A DNA stretch of 64,000 nt from Acidimicrobiales bacterium (GTDB taxonomy: Bacteria; Actinomycetota; Acidimicrobiia; Acidimicrobiales; VFJN01). The stretch spans positions 14,581-78,580 of the forward strand of contig DATFOS010000177.1 of the NCBI GenBank assembly GCA_035265325.1, read 5' to 3'. The notes under the pieces are model-generated. The model saw only the letters and a program-made list of their open reading frames with translations, ran no database searches and was not told where the DNA came from. Positions within the stretch are counted from its first letter, which is position 1, and each line of letters begins with the position of its first letter. Positions 24,884-33,966 of the stretch are shown here, one piece after another. The translations under genes were made by a program, and so were the position numbers.

Positions 24884-27172
24884 ATGGTCTCGACGGTGAC
24901 GTCGGGGGGCGCCGCCCCGCCGCGAGGGGCGCCGCAGGCGACGCACAGGAGGCTCGCCGACCGGGGGCGGAGGGCCGTGCCGAGCGTGGCCCCGGCCCTC
25001 GTGATCGTGGCGGTCCAGCAGCTGCTCTTCCCGTCCACGTCCAACGACGGCACCTACCTGTGGGGCCTCGTCCTCCAGGGACTGACCATGGGGTTGATGA
25101 CCGCCCTCGTGGCGCTCGGCCTGGCCCTCGTCTACCGGGCCAACCGGATCGTCAACTTCGCCCAGGGCGACCTCGGCCTGGTCCCCACGGCCCTGGCCGT
25201 GAACCTCATCGTGTTCTCCGGGCTGAGCTACGTGCTCGCCCTCGTGCTGGGCCTGGCGGCCGCCGTCGTGGTCGGCGCCGTGGTCGAGCTGGCGGTCGTG
25301 CGGCGCTTCTTCCGCCAGCCCCGCCTGATCCTCACGGTGGCGACGATCGGCCTCGCCCAGTTGCTCTCGTTCGCCTCCCTCATGGTCCCGAGCATCTGGG
25401 GCGAGGACCCGCTCAACACCTCGATCAGCGCCCCGTTCACCTGGCGGGCCGACGTGGCACCGCTCGTGTTCGACGCCGACCACCTGGTGGCGTGGGTGCT
25501 GGCCCCGCTGGCGATGATCGCGGTGGCGGCGTTCCTGCGGTTCACCGACGTGGGCGTGGCGGTCCGGGCCGCCGCCGACCGGGCCGATCGGGCCGCCCTG
25601 CTCGGCATCCCCGTCGGGCGCCTGCACACCATCGTCTGGGCCGTCGCCGCCGCGCTGTCGTTCCTGGCGCTGTTCCTCCAGGCGGGCGTCGTGGGCCTGC
25701 CGCTCGGCTCGCCCGTAGGGCTGACGGTCCTGCTCAGCGCGCTCGCCGCCCTCATGGTCGGCCGCATGACCGACATGCCGGCCATCGTCACCAGCGCCAT
25801 GGCCCTCGGCCTGCTCGAGACCCACGTGCGGTGGAACGACGAGCTGAACGTCGGCCCGATCCACCTCGACCTGGCCAGCGACCTGGTCGTCGCCCCCGTC
25901 CTGGCCGTGGTCATCCTGGTCACGCTGCTGGCCCGGCGCCGGGGCGTGACCCGGGCCGAGTCCGACGCCACGTCGTCGTGGCAGGCGGCCGCCGAGGTCC
26001 GCCCGGTCCCGGCCGAGCTGCGCGACCTGCGGTCGGTCCGCCTGGCCCGCCTGGCCGGGCTCGCCGTGGTCGCCGTCGTCCTCGTCCTGCTGCCCACCGT
26101 CATGGGGCCCGGCGAGACGCTCAAGGCGGCCGCCGTCGTGGCGTTCGCCATCGTGATCCTCTCGATCACCGTCCTCACGGGCTGGGCGGGACAGGTGTCG
26201 CTGGGCCAGATGGGCTTCGTCGCCATCGGGGCCGCCCTCGGGGCGCACGCCACCGTCGAGCGCGGCTGGGACCTCGCCCTCACGCTCCCGGTCGCCGGCA
26301 TCCTCGGCGCCGTCATCGCCGTGATCGTCGGCCTGCCGGCCCTGCGGCTGCGGGGCCTGTACCTGGCCGTCACCACGCTGGCGTTCGCCCTGGCCACGAC
26401 CCGCTACTTCCTCAACCCGACGTTCTTCGACTGGGTGCCGTCGGGGCGGTTCGAGCCACGCGACCTGCTCGGCGTGTGGGACTACGACACCCCCAGCGGC
26501 GTCTATTACCTCGCCCTCGGCACGTTCGCCCTGGTGGTCGTCGCCATCCTCGGGATCCGCCACAGCCGGACCGGCCGGGTGCTGATGGCCCTGCGCGAGA
26601 ACGAGCGGGGCGCCGCCTCCTTCGGCGTCTCGATCGTGCGGGCCAAGCTCACCGCCTTCGCCATCTCCGGGTTCTTCGCCTCGATCGCCGGCGTCCTGCT
26701 GGTCACCCAGAACGGGCGGTTCACGCTCGGCCTGTTCCCGGAGGAGGACAACCTCGTCGTCTTCACCGCCGCCGTCGTCGGGGGGCTCGGATCGGTGACC
26801 GGCGCCGCCGTCGGGGCGCTGTTCCTCAAGGGCGGCGAGTGGTTCCTGCAGGACACCTGGCGGCTGTTCGCCTCGTCGATGGGCGTGCTGATCGTGCTGC
26901 TCCTGCTGCCGGGCGGGCTCGGCGGCTGGCTCTTTCGGGGCCGCGACCTCGCCCTGCGCTGGGTCGCCCGCCGCAATGGGATCGTGGTCCCCAGCCTGCT
27001 GGCGGACGTCCGGACGCTCGAGGCCGACGCCGAGGACGCCTTCGCCGCCCGCGCCGACGCCATGGCGCAGGAGGCAGGCACGGAGGGCCATCCGCCGACC
27101 ACATCGGCGGAGGACGCCGGGCCGGTGCCCGTCAGCCCCGTGAGCGCCGCGACCCCGGGGGGCCCCACGTGA
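24884..27172 (+). CDS. branched-chain-amino-acid-type ABC importer permease, fused LivH-like + LivM-like domains
   Basis: 762 aa. N-terminal half GLTMGLMTALVALGLALVYRANRIVNFAQGDL (LivH). C-terminal half LTGWAGQVSLGQMGFVAIGAAL...GIRHSRTGRVLMALRENERGAASFGV (LivM). AGGGGGAA SD at 24873-24880. Confidence 0.9.
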   Translation: MVSTVTSGGAAPPRGAPQATHRRLADRGRRAVPSVAPALVIVAVQQLLFPSTSNDGTYLWGLVLQGLTMGLMTALVALGLALVYRANRIVNFAQGDLGLVPTALAVNLIVFSGLSYVLALVLGLAAAVVVGAVVELAVVRRFFRQPRLILTVATIGLAQLLSFASLMVPSIWGEDPLNTSISAPFTWRADVAPLVFDADHLVAWVLAPLAMIAVAAFLRFTDVGVAVRAAADRADRAALLGIPVGRLHTIVWAVAAALSFLALFLQAGVVGLPLGSPVGLTVLLSALAALMVGRMTDMPAIVTSAMALGLLETHVRWNDELNVGPIHLDLASDLVVAPVLAVVILVTLLARRRGVTRAESDATSSWQAAAEVRPVPAELRDLRSVRLARLAGLAVVAVVLVLLPTVMGPGETLKAAAVVAFAIVILSITVLTGWAGQVSLGQMGFVAIGAALGAHATVERGWDLALTLPVAGILGAVIAVIVGLPALRLRGLYLAVTTLAFALATTRYFLNPTFFDWVPSGRFEPRDLLGVWDYDTPSGVYYLALGTFALVVVAILGIRHSRTGRVLMALRENERGAASFGVSIVRAKLTAFAISGFFASIAGVLLVTQNGRFTLGLFPEEDNLVVFTAAVVGGLGSVTGAAVGALFLKGGEWFLQDTWRLFASSMGVLIVLLLLPGGLGGWLFRGRDLALRWVARRNGIVVPSLLADVRTLEADAEDAFAARADAMAQEAGTEGHPPTTSAEDAGPVPVSPVSAATPGGPT

Positions 27173-30100
27173 TCGGCTTCACCCCTCCCCCGGTCCACGA
27201 CCAGCCCTGGCACGTCCGCCTGCGGGAGGCTGTCCGTCACCCCAGGGCGTGGCTCGACCGGCTCACCGGCGAGGGGCCGGTGCTGGCGCTGCTGGTCCTC
27301 ACCGGCCTCAACGCGGTGGACGAGCTGTCCCGGGTCTCGTTCGCCGTCGTCGCCCCGTCGATCGCCGAGCACTTCGACGTCGGCATGGCAGGGATCGTCA
27401 TCCCGTTCATCCTGGCCTTCGCCGCCGCCTTCGCCCTGTCCGTCCCCATCGCCACGCTGGCCGACAAACACAACCGGGTCCGCCTGGCGATGCTCGGCGG
27501 CGTCATCTTCGCCGTCTTCTCGGCGATGGTCGGCCTGTCGCCCACGATCTGGGCCCTGGCGATCTTCGTGGCGGGGTCGAACCTGGGCAAGGCGTTCATC
27601 GAGCCGTCGCACACGTCGCTGCTGGCCGACTACTACGCCGTGCGGCTGCGGCCCCGCATCTTCTCGTTCCACCGGGCCGGTAACGCCGTCGGCGCCTTCG
27701 TGGGCGGTGTCGGAGCCGGCTACGTGGCCGAGGCGTGGGGCTGGCGGGCGCCGTTCTTCCTCTTCGCCGTCCCCACCGCCCTGCTGGTGCTCGTCGGCGG
27801 GCGGCTGAAGGAGCCGGTGCGCGGCGCCCAGGAGCGCGCCCTCGCCGGGGCGGCGGCCGACACCATCGAGACCGAGGAGGACGCGCCGAGCCTGGCGGAG
27901 GGCTGGCGGATGTGCTGGCAGGTGGACAGCCTCCGGCGCATCTACCGGACGCTGCCGTTCCTGACGCCGGCCGTCGCCGGCTTCGGCCTGTTCGCCGTCT
28001 TCATGTACGTCGACGTGTACGGGCTCGACGAGTCCGCCCGGGGGTGGGTCGTCGGCCTGGTCGAGGGGCCGTCGCAGCTCATCGGCCTGACGATCGGGGC
28101 GACGATCGGCATGCGGCTGTTCGCCAAGGACCCGCGGCTCGTGTTCGGCCTGCTCGCCAAGGCCAACTTCCTGACCACGGCGGCGGTCCTGGTCTTCGCC
28201 TGGTCGCCCAACGTCTACGTCGCCGTCGGTGCCCACGTGGTGATCAGCGCCTGCCTGGCCTTCACGCTGCCCGGCGTGCTCGCCGCCCTGTCGGTGGCGA
28301 TCCCGCCCCGGGCCCGCTCGATGGGCTTCGCCATGGGGGCGGTGTTCATCCTCGTCGGGCTGCTGTCGCTGCCGGTCATCGCCGCCATCGGCGAGTCGTG
28401 GGGGATGCGCTGGGGCATGACGTTCATGACCCCGCTGTTCCTGATCGGCGGCCTCGTCATCGCCTCGGCCGGCGACCTCGTGGCCCGCGATATCCAGCAG
28501 GTGTGGACGGCGTCGGCGGCCCGCAGCGAGGTCCTCGCGGCCCGGCGGGCCGGCCGCGCCAAGTTGCTCGTGGTACGGGGGCTGGACGTGAAGTACGGCG
28601 ACGTCCAGGTGCTCTTCGGGGTCGACTTCGAGATCGACGAGGGCGAGATCGTGGCCCTGCTGGGGACGAACGGTGCCGGCAAGTCCACCCTGCTCAAGGC
28701 CATCAGCGGGCTGGTCCCCGCCAACAAGGGCACGGTCATCTACGACGGGCGCGACATCACCTACGCCCCGGCCCACGAGATCGCCCCGCGCGGCGTCGTG
28801 CTCGTGCCCGGCGGGCAGGGCACGTTCCCGTCGCTGACCGTGGCCGAGAACCTGCGGGCCGCCGCCTGGGCCCACCGCCGGGCCAAGCGCGGGGCCGGCG
28901 CCCGGGTCGACGAGGTCCTGGAGATCTTCCCCGAGCTGCGGTCCCGGATGTCCGACCCGGCGGCCGACCTGTCGGGCGGGCAGCAGCAGATGCTGTCGCT
29001 GTCGATGGCCTTCCTCTCCAGGCCGCGGCTCGTGCTGATCGACGAGCTGTCGCTCGGGCTGGCCCCGGTCGTCGTCGAGCGGCTCGTCGAGGTGGTCCGC
29101 AAGATCCGCGACCAGGGGACGACCGTCGTGGTCGTCGAGCAGTCGGTGAACGTCGCCCTCACGCTGGCCGAGGAGGCGTACTTCATGGAGAAGGGCGAGG
29201 TGCGGTTCCACGGTCCGACGGCCGACCTGCTCGCCCGGCCGGACGTCCTGCGCTCGGTCTTCCTCCACGGCGCCGCCTCCCATCCCGACGGCGCCAACGG
29301 CTCGTCGGCGATCCGCGAGGTCGCTCCGTCCGGGACCGGCGCCTCCGCCGGGCCCGTGTCCTCGAACGGCGCGCCACCGCGCGGGAACGGCCGCGCCCCG
29401 GCGGCCACCGAGGGCCCCGAGGCCGCCCCGGGTGACGACCCCGGCGTCACGCCGGTGCTCGCGGTGCACGGCCTGGTCCGGGCGTTCGGCGGCATCCGAG
29501 CGGTCGACGGGGTGGGCTTCGACGTGGCCCCGAGCGAGGTGGTCGGCCTCATCGGGCCCAACGGCGCCGGCAAGACCACCGTGTTCGACCTGGTCTCGGG
29601 CTTCCTGCCGGTCGACGGCGGGACCGTCCTCCTCGGCGGGCAGGACGTCACGAAGCTGCCGCCGGATGCCCGGGCCCGGCGCGGCCTGGGCCGGTCCTTC
29701 CAGGACGCCCGCCTCTTCCCGGCCCTGACCGTCGAGCAGTGCATCGCCGTGGCGCTCGACCGCTGGGTCGAGGTGCGGGACCCGATCCAGGCGGCCCTGC
29801 ACCTGCCGGCGGTGTTCGACGCCGAGGCGGCGGTCGACGCCCGGGTGGACGAGCTGATCGACCTGCTCGGACTCGGCGCGTTCCGCTCGAAGTTCGTCCA
29901 CGAGCTGTCGACCGGCTCCCGGCGGATCGTCGACCTGGCCTGCCTGGTCGCCCACCGGCCGACGGTGATCCTGCTCGACGAGCCCTCCAGCGGCATCGCC
30001 CAGCGGGAGGCCGAGGCGCTCGTCCCGGTCCTGCTGCGTATCCGCGAGCAGCTGGGCGCAAGCCTCGTCCTCATCGAGCACGACATGCCGCTGGTCACGA

Positions 30101-30258
30101 GCGTGGCCGACCGGCTGGTGGCGCTCGACCAGGGCCGGCTGGTCGCGGAGGGCCCGGCCGACGAGGTGCTGGCACACCCGCAGGTCATCGCCTCGTACCT
30201 CGGCACCAACGAGGCCGTCATCGCACGTAGCGGCACCCGGGCCGACGGGCCCGGGTGA
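27169..30258 (+). CDS. triple fusion: MFS transporter domain + LivF-like ABC ATPase + LivG-like ABC ATPase (1029 aa)
   Basis: The GTG at 27169 overlaps the permease stop (GTGA). aa 1-455 are MFS: motif A IATLADKHNRVRL, GWRAPFFLFAVP, about 12 TM. From 28561, LivF-like: GTNGAGKSTLLKAISG, LSGGQQQML, LVLIDELSLGLAP. A ~60-aa Gly/Ala/Pro/Ser linker follows. From 29455, LivG-like: GPNGAGKTTVFDLVSG, LSTGSRRIV, ILLDEPSSGIA. There is no stop or frame change across the junctions. Confidence 0.85.
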   Translation: MIGFTPPPVHDQPWHVRLREAVRHPRAWLDRLTGEGPVLALLVLTGLNAVDELSRVSFAVVAPSIAEHFDVGMAGIVIPFILAFAAAFALSVPIATLADKHNRVRLAMLGGVIFAVFSAMVGLSPTIWALAIFVAGSNLGKAFIEPSHTSLLADYYAVRLRPRIFSFHRAGNAVGAFVGGVGAGYVAEAWGWRAPFFLFAVPTALLVLVGGRLKEPVRGAQERALAGAAADTIETEEDAPSLAEGWRMCWQVDSLRRIYRTLPFLTPAVAGFGLFAVFMYVDVYGLDESARGWVVGLVEGPSQLIGLTIGATIGMRLFAKDPRLVFGLLAKANFLTTAAVLVFAWSPNVYVAVGAHVVISACLAFTLPGVLAALSVAIPPRARSMGFAMGAVFILVGLLSLPVIAAIGESWGMRWGMTFMTPLFLIGGLVIASAGDLVARDIQQVWTASAARSEVLAARRAGRAKLLVVRGLDVKYGDVQVLFGVDFEIDEGEIVALLGTNGAGKSTLLKAISGLVPANKGTVIYDGRDITYAPAHEIAPRGVVLVPGGQGTFPSLTVAENLRAAAWAHRRAKRGAGARVDEVLEIFPELRSRMSDPAADLSGGQQQMLSLSMAFLSRPRLVLIDELSLGLAPVVVERLVEVVRKIRDQGTTVVVVEQSVNVALTLAEEAYFMEKGEVRFHGPTADLLARPDVLRSVFLHGAASHPDGANGSSAIREVAPSGTGASAGPVSSNGAPPRGNGRAPAATEGPEAAPGDDPGVTPVLAVHGLVRAFGGIRAVDGVGFDVAPSEVVGLIGPNGAGKTTVFDLVSGFLPVDGGTVLLGGQDVTKLPPDARARRGLGRSFQDARLFPALTVEQCIAVALDRWVEVRDPIQAALHLPAVFDAEAAVDARVDELIDLLGLGAFRSKFVHELSTGSRRIVDLACLVAHRPTVILLDEPSSGIAQREAEALVPVLLRIREQLGASLVLIEHDMPLVTSVADRLVALDQGRLVAEGPADEVLAHPQVIASYLGTNEAVIARSGTRADGPG

Positions 30259-30278
30259 CGCCCGAGAGGGGGAACACG

Positions 30279-32054
30279 ATGCAACCGGCATCCGATGGCA
30301 ACGGCGCGCGTCGCCGGTCCAGTCACTTGCGCCGCTACGGGCCCCTCGCGGTCATCGTGGCGCTCCTCGTCGTCGTCGGGGCGGTGGTGATCACCGGCGG
30401 CGGGGGCGACGACGGCGACGAGTCCGCCGAGGACGGCGGGAACGCCGACTCCCTGTCCGGCTGGGCCGAGCCCGGCGACGAGCCCGGCGCCCCCGCCCCC
30501 GAGGGCCGCATGCCGGTCACCTACGCGGAGGCGGAGGCCGCCGGCGAGGTCGACGACTACGAATGGCCGGAGTCGTGCGACACCGAGCGCGGCACGCTGG
30601 CCATCCCGTCGGTGTTCGCCGCCCCCTGTGTGCCGGCGTTCGAGGGCGACAACGGCGGCGAGACCTCCCCGGGCGTCACCGCGGACGAGATCCGCATCGT
30701 CTTCTACGCCCCCGAGCGGTCGGCCGACCTCCAGTCGATCCTGGGCGGCATGGGCGCCAACGACACGTCCGAGCAGCGGCGCGACACGGTCGAGCACTAC
30801 GTCGAGCTGTTCATGTCCCTCGGGGAGACCTACGGGCGCGAGGTCGTGCTCGAGCGCTTCGCCGCCACGGGGGCCGCCGACGACGTGGTGGCGTCCCGCG
30901 CCGACGCCACCGATGTCCTCGCCATGGAGCCGTTCGCCGTGCTCGGCGGGCCCGCCCTCGACCGGGGGACCTTCGCGCAGGAGCTCGCCGACGCCGGGGT
31001 CATGTGCTTCGGTTGCGCCGGCGTCCTGCCCAACCAGATGGTCCTCGACATGGCGCCGTACGTGTGGGCCAGCCTGCCGACGCCCGAGCAGTTCCTCGCC
31101 AACCTCGACGCCTGGGTGGCGGCGGGGGTGGAGGCCGGCGCGGGGTCGACGGCCCAATTCGCCGGCGGCGACCTGCAGGGCCAGGAGGCCCGCACCGGGG
31201 TCATCAACTTCGAGCAGGACCCGCCGCTCTACAACACCGACGACGGCGCCAGCGCCGAACGGATGCGGGACGTCGACCTCCAGGAGTCGTACGTCCTCGA
31301 TTTCCCCAGCCTGCCGGCCCGGGCCGCCGAGATCATCGCCCGCTTCAAGTCCGAGGGCATCAACCGGATCGTCTTCCTCGGCGACCCGTTCATGCCGATC
31401 TACCTGACCCAGGCCGCTACTCAGCAGGACTACTACCCCGAGTGGATCTTCACCGGGACGGCGCTGACCGACACGAACACGTTCGGCCGCCAGTACGACC
31501 AGGCGCAGATGGCGCACGCCTACGGCATCTCCCAACTGGCGGCGCCGACGGAGCAGGACCTGCAGGAGAACATCCGCCTGTACCGCTGGTTCTACGGCGA
31601 GGACGCGTTCCCGGCCGCGCAGAACCAGTACGCCCTGCTGTCGCCGGGGGCAGCCTGGCTGGCGGCCGGCATCCACATGGCCGGCCCCGAACTGACGCCC
31701 GAGACGTTCGCCCGCGGGCTGTTCCGCATCCCGCCCCGCGGCGGCGGACCGGCCAACCCCCAGGTCAGCTACGGCAACTGGGGCTTCTTCGAGGACATGG
31801 ACTACCAGAGCGTCGACGACTCCGCGGAGATCTGGTGGGACCCCGACGTCGAGGTCCAGGACGAGCGGGGCGAGACCGGCGTGGGCGCCTGGCGCCGGTC
31901 GAACGGCGGCGAGCGGTTCACCGCCGACGAGGCGCCGTCACCCCGCCCGTTCACCGACGAGGAGGACTCGGTCACGGTCCTCGACGAGCTCACGGGCGAG
32001 GACGCCGTGCCGGAGTACCCGTCCCCTCCGGGATCCCCGGCCGCCGCCACGTAG
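30279..32054 (+). CDS. ABC transporter substrate-binding protein (type I PBP, LivK-like), N-terminally membrane-anchored, unusually large (591 aa)
   Basis: ATG at 30279 (GAGAGGGGGA SD). A single TM (LAVIVALLVVVGAVVI), an acidic linker, then a PBP-like core (ADEIRIVFYAPE..., INRIVFLGDPFMPIY, YGISQLAAP). It is the last gene of the LIV-type operon. Confidence 0.8.
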   Translation: MQPASDGNGARRRSSHLRRYGPLAVIVALLVVVGAVVITGGGGDDGDESAEDGGNADSLSGWAEPGDEPGAPAPEGRMPVTYAEAEAAGEVDDYEWPESCDTERGTLAIPSVFAAPCVPAFEGDNGGETSPGVTADEIRIVFYAPERSADLQSILGGMGANDTSEQRRDTVEHYVELFMSLGETYGREVVLERFAATGAADDVVASRADATDVLAMEPFAVLGGPALDRGTFAQELADAGVMCFGCAGVLPNQMVLDMAPYVWASLPTPEQFLANLDAWVAAGVEAGAGSTAQFAGGDLQGQEARTGVINFEQDPPLYNTDDGASAERMRDVDLQESYVLDFPSLPARAAEIIARFKSEGINRIVFLGDPFMPIYLTQAATQQDYYPEWIFTGTALTDTNTFGRQYDQAQMAHAYGISQLAAPTEQDLQENIRLYRWFYGEDAFPAAQNQYALLSPGAAWLAAGIHMAGPELTPETFARGLFRIPPRGGGPANPQVSYGNWGFFEDMDYQSVDDSAEIWWDPDVEVQDERGETGVGAWRRSNGGERFTADEAPSPRPFTDEEDSVTVLDELTGEDAVPEYPSPPGSPAAAT

Positions 32055-32138
32055 CGCCGGATCGGCGCCCCGTCGCGCAACGGCCCTGTGTGACCGGCGT
32101 GTGACGGGGCGCCCCGTCCCGTGTGTTGGACTGGGGGC

Positions 32139-33926
32139 ATGCCGCTGGGGCCGGAGGGACCTTGCAGGCGTCCGGCCGTGCGCCGGGGCGTCGCCGTCGC
32201 GCTGGTGATTTCCAGCCTCGCGGGCTGCCCGGAGGGCGACCCGCCGGACGACGACGAGGCGGGCGCGGGGACGAGCGGCTCGACCGCCTCGGCCGAGGCA
32301 ATCGCCGCCGAGGTGGCGGCGCCGGAGGGCGTCGCCGTCGTGGTGGAGGGCGGGTCGGGCGCCGAGTTGGCCGCCGCCACCAGCGAGACGCTGTTCGTGT
32401 CGGCGCCGGTGGTCGTGCTGGCGGCCGAGGACGACCCGGCCGCCCAGGTGGCGGCGGCGCCCGCTGCGGTGGGGTTGGGCGTGCCGCTGCTCCTCACGCC
32501 CGGGCCCGCGGCGGAGGGCGAGGACGACGACGACGACGGTGCCGGGGGCGACGATGCCGCCGGCCCGGTCGCCGACGAGCTCGCCCGGCTGGCCCCGGAG
32601 GCGGTGCTCGCCGTCGGGGACGGCGCCGCCGCCTGGGCCGAGGACGACTCCCCCGCCGGTGAGGTCGTCACGACGCCGGCCGACGCGGAGGCGCTGGCCG
32701 CGGCGGCGGGGCTGCCGTCCGGCGACGCCACCGAGGTGACGGGGGACGAGGCCGTCGAGCAGGTGGCCGGCCTCACGGAGGACGACCCCACCCCGCTCAC
32801 GCTCGCCGACCCCGACGAACCGAGCACCGAGACGACGGGCACGGACACGACCGGGGCCGGTCGCGGTGAGCTACTGGTGGCGACCGCGCCCGGCGCGGCT
32901 CTCGAGGACGTGGCCGTCCTCGTGGGAAGGCGCCCGGACGGCGTGGCGGCCGCCGCCACGGCCCGGGCCGCCGGGGCGCACGTGGTCCCCGCGGGCCACC
33001 CCGACCCGCGGGCCGACCCCGCCGCCATCGAGGCGCTCAGCGGCCGGGAGTTCGCCCACGTCGTCGGGGTGGGCGCCCAGTTCGGCCCAGCCGAGCGGCT
33101 GTGGCAGCGTGCCCGGGTCGCGGCCACGGGCGTGGAGCTGCCGGGCGGCGGGCAGGTGCTGTTCCCCGGCCGGCGCATGGCGGCGCTGTACGGCAACCCG
33201 ACCACGGCGGCACTCGGCGTCCTCGGCGAGCAGCCGCTGGAGGAGTCGATCGCCCGCGCCGAGGGCCTCGCCGCGCAGTACGACGAGCTGGTGCACGAGC
33301 CGGTGGTCCCCGCCTTCGAGCTGATCGCCACCGTGGCCAGCAGCGCCCCCGGCCCGGACGGCAACTACGCCAACGAGTCGGAGGTCGAGGAGCTCCGGCC
33401 GTGGATCGACGCCGCCGGCGAGGCGGGCGTCTACGTCGTCCTCGACATCCAGCCGGGCCGCACCGACTTCCTCACGCAGGCGCGCCGCTACCAGGACCTG
33501 CTCGCCGAGCCCCACGTCGGCCTCGCCCTCGACCCGGAGTGGCGCCTGGGGCCCGACCAGGTCCACATGGACCAGATCGGCTCGATCGCCGCCGACGAGG
33601 TGAATCAGGTCGCCGAGTGGCTGGCCGACCTGACCCTGACCTACGACCTTCCCCAGAAGCTGCTGCTCCTGCACCAGTTCCGCACCGACATGCTGCGGGA
33701 CCGGGACCGCATCCGCACCGACCACGACGAGCTGGCGGTGCTGGTCCACGCCGACGGGTTCGGCACGCCGGGGCAGAAGTTCGAGACCTGGGACCGGCTC
33801 CAGCAGTCGCCGCCGGCCAACATCTGGTGGGGCTGGAAGAACTTCGTCGACGAGGACCGGCCGATGTTCACGCCGGCCCAGACGACGGCGATCGAGCCCT
33901 CCCCCATGTTCGTCTCGTACCAGTGA
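32139..33926 (+). CDS. secreted lipoprotein: acidic cell-wall-binding-repeat-like N-terminal region + conserved C-terminal domain of unknown (possibly glycoside-hydrolase-like) function
   Basis: ATG at 32139. Lipobox ISSLAGC. Two segments like SAPVVVLAAEDDPAAQVAAAPAAVGLGVPLLLTP / LAPEAVLAVGDG (CWB2-like). A well-composed C-terminal ~300 aa (VYVVLDIQPGRTDFL...LALDPEW...LLLLHQF...VHADGFG...WGWKNF). Confidence 0.75.
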   Translation: MPLGPEGPCRRPAVRRGVAVALVISSLAGCPEGDPPDDDEAGAGTSGSTASAEAIAAEVAAPEGVAVVVEGGSGAELAAATSETLFVSAPVVVLAAEDDPAAQVAAAPAAVGLGVPLLLTPGPAAEGEDDDDDGAGGDDAAGPVADELARLAPEAVLAVGDGAAAWAEDDSPAGEVVTTPADAEALAAAAGLPSGDATEVTGDEAVEQVAGLTEDDPTPLTLADPDEPSTETTGTDTTGAGRGELLVATAPGAALEDVAVLVGRRPDGVAAAATARAAGAHVVPAGHPDPRADPAAIEALSGREFAHVVGVGAQFGPAERLWQRARVAATGVELPGGGQVLFPGRRMAALYGNPTTAALGVLGEQPLEESIARAEGLAAQYDELVHEPVVPAFELIATVASSAPGPDGNYANESEVEELRPWIDAAGEAGVYVVLDIQPGRTDFLTQARRYQDLLAEPHVGLALDPEWRLGPDQVHMDQIGSIAADEVNQVAEWLADLTLTYDLPQKLLLLHQFRTDMLRDRDRIRTDHDELAVLVHADGFGTPGQKFETWDRLQQSPPANIWWGWKNFVDEDRPMFTPAQTTAIEPSPMFVSYQ

Positions 33927-33950
33927 CATGACGGGAAAAATCGCTTGTGT

Positions 33951-33966
33951 GAGTGAGCACTCACTC
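33951..33966. promoter_or_regulatory. 16-nt palindrome GAGTGAG-ca-CTCACTC overlapping the TetR gene start; candidate TetR operator
   Basis: Read directly from the sequence. It sits in the only AT-richer patch (GGGAAAAATCGCTTGTGTGAGTGAGCACTCAC) between the lipoprotein gene and the TetR/ABC-exporter operon. Confidence 0.45.

Noticed and set aside
24706-27168. N-terminal 821 aa of the 1850-aa plus-strand track ORF
   Set aside because: This part is an out-of-frame read over the LivHM permease gene (Arg/Pro/Gly junk). Real coding begins at GTG 27169, where the MFS sequence starts and overlaps the permease stop.
26506-30291. 1261-aa minus-strand ORF (and 28761-31676, 971 aa) antisense to the ABC importer genes
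   Set aside because: Arg/Pro/Gly-rich shadow frames opposite genes with unmistakable Walker, signature and permease motifs.
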